From NCBI GenBank assembly GCA_041740355.1, contig JBGSMD010000063.1, positions 64,001 to 128,000 on the forward strand: DNA of 64,000 nt. The letters are read 5' to 3'. Position 1 is the first letter of the stretch; every line of letters begins with the position of its first letter. This DNA comes from Bdellovibrionota bacterium (GTDB taxonomy: Bacteria > Bdellovibrionota_C > UBA2361 > CALJRW01). A model generated the notes under the pieces. It made no database searches, was not told where the DNA came from, and was given only the letters and a program-made list of their open reading frames with translations. Made by a program: the position numbers and the translations under genes. Shown here piece by piece: positions 18,710 through 27,814 of this stretch.

Positions 18710-19687
18710 ATGAAAAAATTTGTTCTGGGTATCTTTTTTACTTCCTTGTTATTCGCAACTAGCGCTTGGGCTTGCGACCCTTGCGCAATATTTAATGCCG
18801 CTAGGCTTGATGGACATGAGCCCAACAGTTGGCGAGTTTCACTAGGAGAGCAGTATACTAATTTTAAAAAAGGGAAAAGTTACCCAGAAAATTCCTTTCG
18901 CAATAAGGAGTTGGTTAAAGGATTTAGTAATACCCAGTTTGCTCTGTCCTATGATTTTAGTGAAGTTTTAGGACTACAACTAAGTATTCCCTTAATCTCT
19001 CGCTATGTTGAAGAAATCAAAGACTATCAAACTTCCAACAATTGGGATGCCGGCCTTGGTGATATTAGTCTAATAGCTTCTTACTCCCCAGTTCATATTA
19101 AAAAGTTAGACTGGACAGTGCTAACTGGTGTTTCTGCTGGAATAAAATTACCGACTGGAGACACAGGTGTATTAGAAGAAATTAGTGCTGACCCAGATGC
19201 GCAAGTAAAAGCTCAGTTTTTAAAGCACCACCCAGTTGGCTCTACCTCTGGTGGACGCGCCTTAACTTATGGATCAGGATCTTATGATTATATCATGGGA
19301 GCAAACAATTTACTTCGATATCAAAACTTTTTATTACTAAGCAATATTCAATATACGATCCGCACTGAAGGTGATTTTAATTACGAATTTGATAATGATT
19401 TAATTTGGGCCGTACTTCCAGCCTACTATCTTTTATTAGAACATGACTACACTGTGGCTAGTGGTCTAGGCCTTTCTGGCGAACATAAAGGTAAAGATCG
19501 ATTAGCTGGTAGCGAACTTGATGGTTCAGATATTTCTAATATCTACTTAGGACCTGAGTTAATCTTAAGCTTTAAAGGTAAATATTCTGCACAAATTGGA
19601 TTTGATTTTCGGGTCTCCAATAAAGATCGCGAAGCCGATATTGTGCCGGAGAATAGAGTACGAGCCAGTTTGGCTTATCGTTTTTAA
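18710..19687 (+). CDS. Outer-membrane beta-barrel 'transporter' (MetA-pathway/phenol-degradation-like), start MKKFVLG
   Basis: Signal peptide then CDPC, 'GLGDI', 'GIKLPTG', 'GSGSYD', terminal aromatic YRF. Confidence 0.75.
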   Translation: MKKFVLGIFFTSLLFATSAWACDPCAIFNAARLDGHEPNSWRVSLGEQYTNFKKGKSYPENSFRNKELVKGFSNTQFALSYDFSEVLGLQLSIPLISRYVEEIKDYQTSNNWDAGLGDISLIASYSPVHIKKLDWTVLTGVSAGIKLPTGDTGVLEEISADPDAQVKAQFLKHHPVGSTSGGRALTYGSGSYDYIMGANNLLRYQNFLLLSNIQYTIRTEGDFNYEFDNDLIWAVLPAYYLLLEHDYTVASGLGLSGEHKGKDRLAGSELDGSDISNIYLGPELILSFKGKYSAQIGFDFRVSNKDREADIVPENRVRASLAYRF

Positions 19688-19918
19688 ACTCTCCACAGAT
19701 GAAATTTGCGGAGGGCGAGCGTAGTCTTAGCTTGTTTATCGGACGTAGCATTTGCGAAGTCTGAAACCAAGTTACGCCGTAGAAGACAAAACTGATACTC
19801 ACCGCTCTTTGTGCATTCGGTTTAGTATTATTTTCTCCGGCAAAACCCTTTTTGCAACAGGATTTTACTCGCTCACTTTGCTTTTCATTTTTTCTCAAAA
19901 ATGAAAAGCGGTGAGTAT
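19686..19918. repeat. Full copy of ~235-260-bp structured repeat family R1
   Basis: Co-linear with 26861-27118 along its whole length. Confidence 0.85.
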
Positions 19919-19939
19919 ATAGTATCGTTTTCAATCTAG

Positions 19940-20334
19940 TCGCTTGGTATATTAAATGCGTAGCACTTGTAGCGACCCTAGGGGGGTGCTTAGGTTAAAA
20001 TGCTTATTGCATAAGCATTTTAACTTGGGAAAACAAATATACTATAGTCATCCCAATAAATAATTTCCGCTAGGAAATTATAAAACAGATCATGACTATA
20101 GAAGCGACCAGCGGGAGCCAAAAGATAAATAGTAAACCCAACTTTAAAAAACAGAGTTAAACCATCGGTTTATCTATAAACTTAGATCCTTAAATTACTT
20201 CAGGGTAAAAAAAATAAGGGTCAGCAAAAGTCTTAGTTAATCTATTTATCGGAAATCTATTTTTGGGTTTACTATATAATCCGAGATACGCAAAAAGTAA
20301 TTCCCAATGGAAATTACTTTTTGGGCTCACTATA
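19940..20334. repeat. Cluster of palindromes including family R2 units
   Basis: gttaaaatgcttat/ataagcattttaac; ctatagtcat/atgactatag around aatttcc..ggaaatt; atagtaaacccaa/ttgggtttactat; aaaaagtaattcc/ggaaattacttttt. Confidence 0.7.
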
Positions 20335-21222
20335 CTAAAAAATAACTGCTGGATCACGTCGATAAACACGCTCTTGTTCTAATAAATAATTTTCATCTCC
20401 AGCTAGGTTAACAATCTGACGCATGACATCGCGATATTCTGATTTCTGATCACTGCTTAATAAAAAAAGATTTTGTCTTAGCTTAGACTGAGACTCTCTG
20501 TTGTAAGTGATTTGCTGTCTTATTTGCTCTAACTTTTCAATTCTTTCAGCTTTATCCATCGTCATCAAATCGACAATACCATCAATCAGGATTCCTGCCG
20601 CTTTAGCCGTAGATTCTTGTAATTCTCTTCTTTGAAGAAAACTACCAATCTCTTTTGAGTACTCTTCTCTTAGTTGTTTTGTGTTTGAACCAAATGCTTC
20701 GAGTGGAATGACTAAAGTATATCTTTCTGATAAATCAGAAAATGCCGTTAATAATTTATTTATTTCAAGTAAATTATTATAAATTAATTTTTTTAGTTCA
20801 CCAGCAATACTGGCATCCATTAACATTATCTCAGAAATTTCAATTAATTTTTCTGGATTAGAAGTCGCTCTTTGAATACTCTTAGCAATCTCTTCAAAGT
20901 CATTTCTACTTAATAGATCCTTTAAACGCTGAGCCTCAGCGGGACTATCTGCAATAACTTCTAAAATTAATTTTAAGTTTTCGGGGTCCATTTTTCGTAA
21001 ACTCTCTCCGCGATTATTGGTAAGATAAGTGACAGCTTCACGTAAATTATCAAAATTTCTGTTAAGATTCTGTAAAGTTTCCTCAGTCGTCTTACGATCA
21101 ACCACAGTAAAATGATCCTTGGCATTTGTTAATTCGCGCACTAAGTTATTAAGCCCATCCTGCTGGATAATATCGCGTGGATTTAGAGTAGGGTTTCTTT
21201 CTTGTTGGATCGGATTTGGCAT
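20335..21222 (-). CDS. Hypothetical helical/coiled-coil protein
   Basis: 295-aa ORF rich in E/L/R/Q; no recognisable motif. Confidence 0.7.
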   Translation of the reverse strand: MPNPIQQERNPTLNPRDIIQQDGLNNLVRELTNAKDHFTVVDRKTTEETLQNLNRNFDNLREAVTYLTNNRGESLRKMDPENLKLILEVIADSPAEAQRLKDLLSRNDFEEIAKSIQRATSNPEKLIEISEIMLMDASIAGELKKLIYNNLLEINKLLTAFSDLSERYTLVIPLEAFGSNTKQLREEYSKEIGSFLQRRELQESTAKAAGILIDGIVDLMTMDKAERIEKLEQIRQQITYNRESQSKLRQNLFLLSSDQKSEYRDVMRQIVNLAGDENYLLEQERVYRRDPAVIF

Positions 21223-21358
21223 AGAGTTAGTGGGGCAAGAGTATACTTAGAATTACTATCACCATTTGTTAACAAATTGCTTCAGCTTAGGAATTAAACA
21301 AGAGCCAGCAAATATCTAGGATATACAGATACTTATAGCGTTTAGAAACTCTACAAGC

Positions 21359-22111
21359 TTACTTTTTGAGTTCTTTAGTTGGTAGGAGCTTTTGACTAAG
21401 GCCATCTAATTCCTTATTAAGGCCAGTCGGAGTTAATAAATCTTTATTCAGTAGGATAAATAATTTCTCAGAAAGCTCTACCAAACTTTGTTTCTGTAAT
21501 ATGTCTAGGCCCAGATGAGCGGTCTCTTGTCCCACATCTTTGTGGTTCAATCGAAGTAGAATTTGAAACTGCCCAACTCTAGTTAGCAGTCTTTTTGATG
21601 CTTGATACTGCTCAGCAATTGTTTTTCCAGAGCAAGCAGTTAAGCCAATTAAATTATCATCAACTTTTCCTAAACGTCCAAGCTCACGTTCGTCACCTAC
21701 TCCACCGCCCCATTCTTCTACGGCAAAAGTAACCGCTAAACTTTTTTCCGGTAGCGGCGCATTGCGATCTTTGTTTTTGGCAATTGTCGCCCCAAACATA
21801 TAACCATCGCGCGTACTATGGCCAACAGCTCTCCATGATACAAGAAATGGAGAAACACAGAACCAACCCTTTCCTTGCTTTTCAATCGAAAGAAAAAACT
21901 CCCAAAGCGAATTGAATTCATCTTTTAACATTTGAAAATGCTCTGACCAAAGAGCATAGTTTAAACTTAGATCCTCTTGCATGTTTTTTAAACGTTGCTC
22001 TTCGGAGACATTCATCATGTCTAAAAGATTAGCAAACTCTTGTGTTGGAGATCGACGGCGAGTGAGATTTTTTATACTATTAATTAGATCTTTGGTTTTT
22101 GATTCACTCAT
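21359..22111 (-). CDS. Hypothetical protein
   Basis: 250-aa ORF with ATG start; no recognisable motif. Confidence 0.7.
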   Translation of the reverse strand: MSESKTKDLINSIKNLTRRRSPTQEFANLLDMMNVSEEQRLKNMQEDLSLNYALWSEHFQMLKDEFNSLWEFFLSIEKQGKGWFCVSPFLVSWRAVGHSTRDGYMFGATIAKNKDRNAPLPEKSLAVTFAVEEWGGGVGDERELGRLGKVDDNLIGLTACSGKTIAEQYQASKRLLTRVGQFQILLRLNHKDVGQETAHLGLDILQKQSLVELSEKLFILLNKDLLTPTGLNKELDGLSQKLLPTKELKK

Positions 22112-22264
22112 AAATTATATCTTGCTGCTGGTCTATGTCTAGGAATGAAAGTCCTTATAATCTTATAACAAGAGTGCCATTATTTTACTAGTTAAGCTAT
22201 CTTATGGTGCCAAGGATTGGCTCAAATTCATATTGCTTAATATCTACAAATTGCTAATCTAATA

Positions 22265-22621
22265 TTGCCTCCACTCTACTGGGCTCTGATTATGATGAGA
22301 ATTACTACTGGTTTACTAGACTTCGCCGATACTTGCTTTGGAGCAAAAGCTCATCGTGAGTTTGATCAAAAAATTTCCGAATTAAAAAAAGCATTTCCAG
22401 AGCCTTTCTCGATTGAAAGACGTAGGGAAGATGGAGAAACATTCATTCGAATTCAATTTGCTGAGCCTCACGATTCCAAAATAGATCTTGTTGAACTTGA
22501 AAAACAAATTAGAAAAGCAACGGGTAGCCTACCGGTTAGATTCGTATTTACTAGCTATCGTTCTATTTCTAAATTATTTGCAGAACTCGCAGCGCTAGCT
22601 CAAGATCCTAAACCTAATTAA
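22265..22621 (+). CDS. Hypothetical protein (start uncertain)
   Basis: 118-aa ORF filling an intergenic gap, protein-like composition. Confidence 0.5.
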   Translation: MPPLYWALIMMRITTGLLDFADTCFGAKAHREFDQKISELKKAFPEPFSIERRREDGETFIRIQFAEPHDSKIDLVELEKQIRKATGSLPVRFVFTSYRSISKLFAELAALAQDPKPN

Positions 22622-22624
22622 GAC

Positions 22625-24550
22625 TTAAAGATCTACCTCTAACCGATGTGCATTCTCCTGAATTAATTGAAATCGATCTCCTGTTTCCTTACCCAGTAAA
22701 CTTTCTAAGGAAGCATTAACTTCAAATTCATCAACAATATCAATCTGCAACAAGCTTCTTGTCTTTGGATCCAAAGTCGTAGACCAAAGTGTACTTGGAT
22801 TCATCTCCCCTAGACCTTTAAAGCGAGTAACTGTAATTTTACGACTAGCAAACTTCTTTACCAACTTCTCTTTATCTTGGTCATTATAAGTCCAATGAGT
22901 TTCTTCTTTATTACCCACGCCTAACTTTACTCGGTAAAGAGGTGGTAATCCTAAATAAACATGGCCATTCTCAACAAGCTTCTTCATGTATTTATAAAAG
23001 AAAGCCATCAGTAATGTAGCAATGTGCATTCCATCCGAATCAGCATCGGTTAAAATAATAACTTTGGAATATCTTAATTTTTTCAAATCAAGACTCTCAC
23101 CCATTCCACAACCTAGCACCGCGACAAGATCCATTAGCTCAATATTAGCTGTCACTTTATTACTAGCCGAAGCTACCGTATTCATCACTTTGCCGCGTAA
23201 TGGAAAAATAGCTTGAGTTTTACGATCTCGTCCTTGCTTAGCAGAACCACCCGCCGAATCTCCTTCCACGATAAATAATTCAGACTTATTTGCCTGAGTA
23301 CTAGAGCAATCGGCTAATTTTCCCGGTAAATTTAATCGTCTAGCTGCACCAATTTTTCTGGAGACACTTTGTGATGCCTGACGCGCAGCTTGTCGGGCAC
23401 GCGCAGACAATGTAATTCTTTCAATAATTTGATTAGCTACAGCCGGCTGTGAGTTAAGAATGTTTTCTAAACTCCGAGCAACATTTTCCACCGGGGCTGT
23501 GACTTCCACATTATTTAACTTATCTTTAGTCTGTCCTTGAAACTGTAATTGAGCAACAGAACCAGGAACATTAATGGAAACAATAGCAATTAATCCTTCG
23601 CGAAAATCATCTCCGGTTAATTTAATTCCTTTTAGTTTTACATCATGAACATTAATGTAATTACGAATAGCCTTTGACAAACCATTCTTAAAGCCATCTT
23701 CATGACTTCCACCCTGAGGCGTAGGAATTCCATTCACAAAAGAAAGAATCTTACTCTGAGTTGATTCCGTCCAAGCAAAAGCTAACTCCACTTTGATACT
23801 TTGATTACTATCAAAATAAAAACTTTCCTTACTAATGGAAGTCATCTTATAACGCTCTAAAAGCATATCTAAATATGCTTTTACGCCATCTTGAAAACAA
23901 TAGGTTTTAACTGTAGCTGCGAGATTATCTTTATAAATAATTTTAAGCCCTTTATTTAAAAAGGCTTTAACTTCCACTAGATGCTCAATTTCAGAACTAG
24001 CAAATTTAGTTAATTTAAAAATTTCAGAATCAGCTTGAAAGTAAATTTTTGTTCCCGTTCTTTTAGTGGCAGTTCCTTTTTGCAACTTCGTCAAAGGCTT
24101 ACCTCGACTATACTCTTGAGTCCAAACAAAACCATCGCGAGCAACTTCAGCAATCAATTTAGAGGAAAGAGCATTAACCACCGAGGAGCCAACTCCATGT
24201 AATCCACCAGCAGAGGCATAGCTATCGTCGGAAAATTTACCCCCGGCATGAAGTGTTGTTAAAATAATTTCCAGTGCTGGCTTTTTCATTTTTGGGTGGA
24301 TATCAACGGGGATACCACGTCCATTATCAGCAATGCTGATACCTTGAGCATCTCGATCTAGCTCCACGATGATTTCAGTTGCATGTCCATTCATCGCTTC
24401 ATCAATTGAGTTGTCAAGAATTTCTTTTACTAAGTGATGTAAACCAACAGAGTCAGTTCCACCAACATACATACCAGGTCGGTGCCTCACTGGATCTAAG
24501 CCTTCTAAAACATCAATACTGGAAGCGCTATAATTTTTACTTTTTGTCAT
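22625..24550 (-). CDS. parE: DNA topoisomerase IV subunit B
   Basis: EILDNSIDE, LHAGGKF, GGLHGVG, VEGDSAGG, PLRGK, DADSDG, FKGLGEM. Confidence 0.85.
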   Translation of the reverse strand: MTKSKNYSASSIDVLEGLDPVRHRPGMYVGGTDSVGLHHLVKEILDNSIDEAMNGHATEIIVELDRDAQGISIADNGRGIPVDIHPKMKKPALEIILTTLHAGGKFSDDSYASAGGLHGVGSSVVNALSSKLIAEVARDGFVWTQEYSRGKPLTKLQKGTATKRTGTKIYFQADSEIFKLTKFASSEIEHLVEVKAFLNKGLKIIYKDNLAATVKTYCFQDGVKAYLDMLLERYKMTSISKESFYFDSNQSIKVELAFAWTESTQSKILSFVNGIPTPQGGSHEDGFKNGLSKAIRNYINVHDVKLKGIKLTGDDFREGLIAIVSINVPGSVAQLQFQGQTKDKLNNVEVTAPVENVARSLENILNSQPAVANQIIERITLSARARQAARQASQSVSRKIGAARRLNLPGKLADCSSTQANKSELFIVEGDSAGGSAKQGRDRKTQAIFPLRGKVMNTVASASNKVTANIELMDLVAVLGCGMGESLDLKKLRYSKVIILTDADSDGMHIATLLMAFFYKYMKKLVENGHVYLGLPPLYRVKLGVGNKEETHWTYNDQDKEKLVKKFASRKITVTRFKGLGEMNPSTLWSTTLDPKTRSLLQIDIVDEFEVNASLESLLGKETGDRFQLIQENAHRLEVDL

Positions 24551-24582
24551 ATCTATTTTTAATACTCTTACTAATTTGAAGC

Positions 24583-26841
24583 TTAATCTTCAATTCCTAC
24601 AACTTCTGATTTCACAGGTAATTTATTTCCCTTCAACCCACGACCAGTTTTCTTAATTTCTTTCAAACTGATCTTTTTATTTTTTAGATCTTTCATTACC
24701 AAGGTGATCTCGCGATCCTTACTCCAAGATACTGCTAAAGCTAATGAGTCTCCTTTCTTAAAACCCATTAAGCTGATTCCTACAGCCGGAGCATTTCGTT
24801 CTTGGACTTCATTCTTATTAATAGTTATGGCGTATCCTTCTCTGGAAATTAAGCTGATCAACTTATCTGGCTCAATGATTGTTCTGAGTTGATCTTCCCC
24901 TTTTAATTTCATGATTCGTTTACCATTACGTTTCACATCGGCTAAACCTTCAATTTTTGTTTGGAATCCTAAGCCATTAGAACTAATTAGAATAAATTCT
25001 TGTCCTTCGGCCAGATAGAACTGGTAATCATTAATATGTCCTAAATCTAAATCAGATAATAATCCGTAGCTGGAAACAATCTTTTCCCCATCTTTAAACT
25101 TCAGGTGTTTCTGAATTGGATCTCCATACCCGCTAGAAGAAGGGAAATCTGTCACAGCCATGCTGTAAACATTTCCTAAGCTAGTAAAGAATACAACTCG
25201 GTCAAGTGTATTTAGTGGATGAGCGACCAATAAAGAATCACCTTCTCGTAAGCGACTAACTACAGGGTCATTTCCTTGACGAATTCGTTTAATCCAACCA
25301 TCCGTACTAACTAAGGCAAAGACTTCTTCTTTGACAACAAAGTCATCAGCTTGAATTTCAAACTGGACGTGATCTTTCAGGATTTGAGATTTACGGTTAT
25401 CACCAAATTCTTTAGCAACATGTTCTAAGTCAGCTTTAACTGTTTCGGCAATTTTCTTAGCACTATCAAGGATTTTTTGAATCTCTGCTAATCTTTTTAA
25501 TTTCTCTTTTTGCTCAGCACGAATCTCTTCGATGTTAGTCCTAGAAAGTTGATAAATCCTTAAGTCAACAATTGAGAAAGATTGAATTTCTGTTAACTTA
25601 AAATGCGCCCGTAATTTTTCTGCAGCATCTGACCTTCCATCACTGCGGCGAACAATCTGAATAGCTTTATCTAGGTCAGCAAAAATCAAGACAAAACCTT
25701 CCAGGATGTGTAGCCGTGCTAGTAAATTTTTCTTTTCAAATTCCAATCGACGACGAACAATGCCTTTTCTAAAATCAAGGAAATGTTGCAACATTAACTT
25801 GAGCGACATTGGCATTGGCACAGTCACTTTATTTTTATCAGGTGCCAGTGCTGTTAAGTTCACATTAAAGTTCTGCTCTAGTGGAGTATTCTTAAACAGA
25901 TAGGCCATAACGTTTTGGACGTCTGAGTCAGCTTGCAACTCAAGTACTACACGGACATCGGTAGTTGACTCATCACGAATATCCACTAACTGTGGGACTT
26001 TGCGATTTATAATTAAATCAGCAATTTTTTCAACCAACTGAGATTTGTTAACCATGTAAGGAACACTTGTAATCACAATCTGTTTCTTGCCTCGGTTTTC
26101 TTTTTCCTCTTTCCAATCGGCACGCATCTTAATTGGACCACGTCCTGTTTCGTAAATCTCTTCTAGCTCTTTTTTAGTGTTGAGAATCTGACAGCCTGTT
26201 GGAAAGTCGGGACCTTTTAATGCTGCGACTAACTTAGAATTAGGCACTTCCGAATCTTCTAATTGTAATAATAAGGCCTTAACAACATCTCTTAAATTAT
26301 GTGGTGGAATACTTGTTGCCATACCAACAGCAATTCCAGTAGCGCCATTTACCAATAAGTTTGGTAATCGACTTGGCATGACCACTGGCTCTTTCTTAGA
26401 GGCATCGAAGGTATCACGAAAATCAACTGTTTCTTGATCGATCTCTCCCAATACTTCTAAGGCAATTGGAAGCAATTTAGCTTCAGTGTAACGATATGCT
26501 GCTGCTGAATCTCCATCCATCGATCCAAAATTACCTTGCCCATCAACTAGGCAGTAACGCATGCTAAAATCTTGCGCCATGCGAACCATCGCTTCGTAAC
26601 AGGCAACGTCTCCGTGTGGATGATAGTTACCAAGAACTTGCCCAACAATTGTTGCTGACTTTTTATAACTAGAAGTTGGTTTCAGATTTAAGTCGTGCAA
26701 CATGGCATAAAGAATTCTTCTTTGAACAGGTTTAAGCCCATCACGAACATCGGGAAGTGCTCGCCCGGAGACAACACTAAGTGCGTAGGTCAGGTAACGA
26801 TCCTGTGCTTCCTGTCGAAAAGGTGTGCTAATAATAGTCAT
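24583..26841 (-). CDS. parC: DNA topoisomerase IV subunit A (start corrected to MTIISTP)
   Basis: [29 protein letters not shown]; no GyrA-box; the track's 58-aa extension lies in repeat R1. Confidence 0.85.
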   Translation of the reverse strand: MTIISTPFRQEAQDRYLTYALSVVSGRALPDVRDGLKPVQRRILYAMLHDLNLKPTSSYKKSATIVGQVLGNYHPHGDVACYEAMVRMAQDFSMRYCLVDGQGNFGSMDGDSAAAYRYTEAKLLPIALEVLGEIDQETVDFRDTFDASKKEPVVMPSRLPNLLVNGATGIAVGMATSIPPHNLRDVVKALLLQLEDSEVPNSKLVAALKGPDFPTGCQILNTKKELEEIYETGRGPIKMRADWKEEKENRGKKQIVITSVPYMVNKSQLVEKIADLIINRKVPQLVDIRDESTTDVRVVLELQADSDVQNVMAYLFKNTPLEQNFNVNLTALAPDKNKVTVPMPMSLKLMLQHFLDFRKGIVRRRLEFEKKNLLARLHILEGFVLIFADLDKAIQIVRRSDGRSDAAEKLRAHFKLTEIQSFSIVDLRIYQLSRTNIEEIRAEQKEKLKRLAEIQKILDSAKKIAETVKADLEHVAKEFGDNRKSQILKDHVQFEIQADDFVVKEEVFALVSTDGWIKRIRQGNDPVVSRLREGDSLLVAHPLNTLDRVVFFTSLGNVYSMAVTDFPSSSGYGDPIQKHLKFKDGEKIVSSYGLLSDLDLGHINDYQFYLAEGQEFILISSNGLGFQTKIEGLADVKRNGKRIMKLKGEDQLRTIIEPDKLISLISREGYAITINKNEVQERNAPAVGISLMGFKKGDSLALAVSWSKDREITLVMKDLKNKKISLKEIKKTGRGLKGNKLPVKSEVVGIED

Positions 26842-26860
26842 ATACTGCTTGGAATTGAAT

Positions 26861-27118
26861 AAACCCTCCGCAGATAACTTGCGGAGGGCGAGCGTAATCT
26901 TGGCTTTTTTACCAGACGTAGCATTTGCGAAGTCTGAAGCCAAGTTGCTCCGTAGAAGATAAAACCAATACTCACCGCTGATTTGCGTAGGGTTTGGTAG
27001 TATTTTCTTCAGCAAAATCTGTCTCCCTCTTTCGCCAAAGCTTCAGAGGACAATTCGCCAGGATTTTGCTCGTTCACCTTACTTTCATTTTTTATAAAAA
27101 ATGAAAAGCGGTGAGCAT
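26861..27118. repeat. Full copy of repeat family R1 with a small palindromic insert at about 27020-27051
   Basis: Co-linear with 19686-19918. Confidence 0.85.
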
Positions 27119-27297
27119 CTTATAATAATATCAGATAGTTATAGCGAGGGTGAGCTCAAGCTTTAATTTTATGATGATCTTAATTTAAACAAGAAGACCT
27201 GTTCCGTAAAGGGGGTCTTACAAATAGTCTTAATTTCTCAAAAAACACTGCTACTTCATAATTTGAAAATACTAGCCATGTAGGTTAGTTTAGCCCT

Positions 27298-27789
27298 ATG
27301 ACATTTTCCAGAACGGATGAAAAATACCAGACTTTAGAGACTCACCTAAGCCAGGATCAGTATTTAATGGTACATCTAAACCCTACTTACCCTGGTGTTT
27401 TAATACCAGAGAATTTTCTTGCTTCACCAACTCTTACACTAAAGTTAAGTTATAATTTTCAAGGAGTTACCGTTATCACCCCAGAATTAATTACGGCAGA
27501 ACTTATGTTTAATGGTAAACATTTTTCCTGCCGAATTCCACTGGCAGCGATTTGGGGTTGCACAACTATTGCTGAGAAAAACTTCATTTGGCCAGAAAGT
27601 CTTTCAGCAAATTCCTATGAGAGTTTAGCCACAGAAATGGAAAGTATTAAAAAACCTAAGTTAGCTGTTAATAAACAAGAAGATATTTCTACACCCTCTT
27701 CTAATCTTAAGAAAATTGAATCTGATCCCAAGCAGGAGGAACCAGTAGCAGAAAATAAAAAACGTCCAAACCTCACTCGAATTAAATAA
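27298..27789 (+). CDS. sspB: SspB-like ClpXP adaptor
   Basis: 'MVHLNP..PGVLIP....LTLKL...ITAELMFNGK.FSCRIPLAAIW'; C-terminal 'KRPNLTRIK' ClpX-binding-like tail. Confidence 0.75.
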   Translation: MTFSRTDEKYQTLETHLSQDQYLMVHLNPTYPGVLIPENFLASPTLTLKLSYNFQGVTVITPELITAELMFNGKHFSCRIPLAAIWGCTTIAEKNFIWPESLSANSYESLATEMESIKKPKLAVNKQEDISTPSSNLKKIESDPKQEEPVAENKKRPNLTRIK

Positions 27790-27814
27790 CCAATAGAAGA
27801 TAGCTGTTGAAGAA

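Noticed and set aside
19572-19934. 120-aa minus-strand ORF
   Set aside because: Antisense to the beta-barrel gene end plus repeat R1; its similarity to the false ParC extension reflects the repeat
22625-26841. DNA gyrase gyrA/gyrB
   Set aside because: The A subunit lacks the GyrA-box and has a shortened C-terminal domain; topoisomerase IV fits better
26842-27015. 58-aa N-terminal extension of ParC
   Set aside because: Translation of repeat R1; homology begins at MTIISTP
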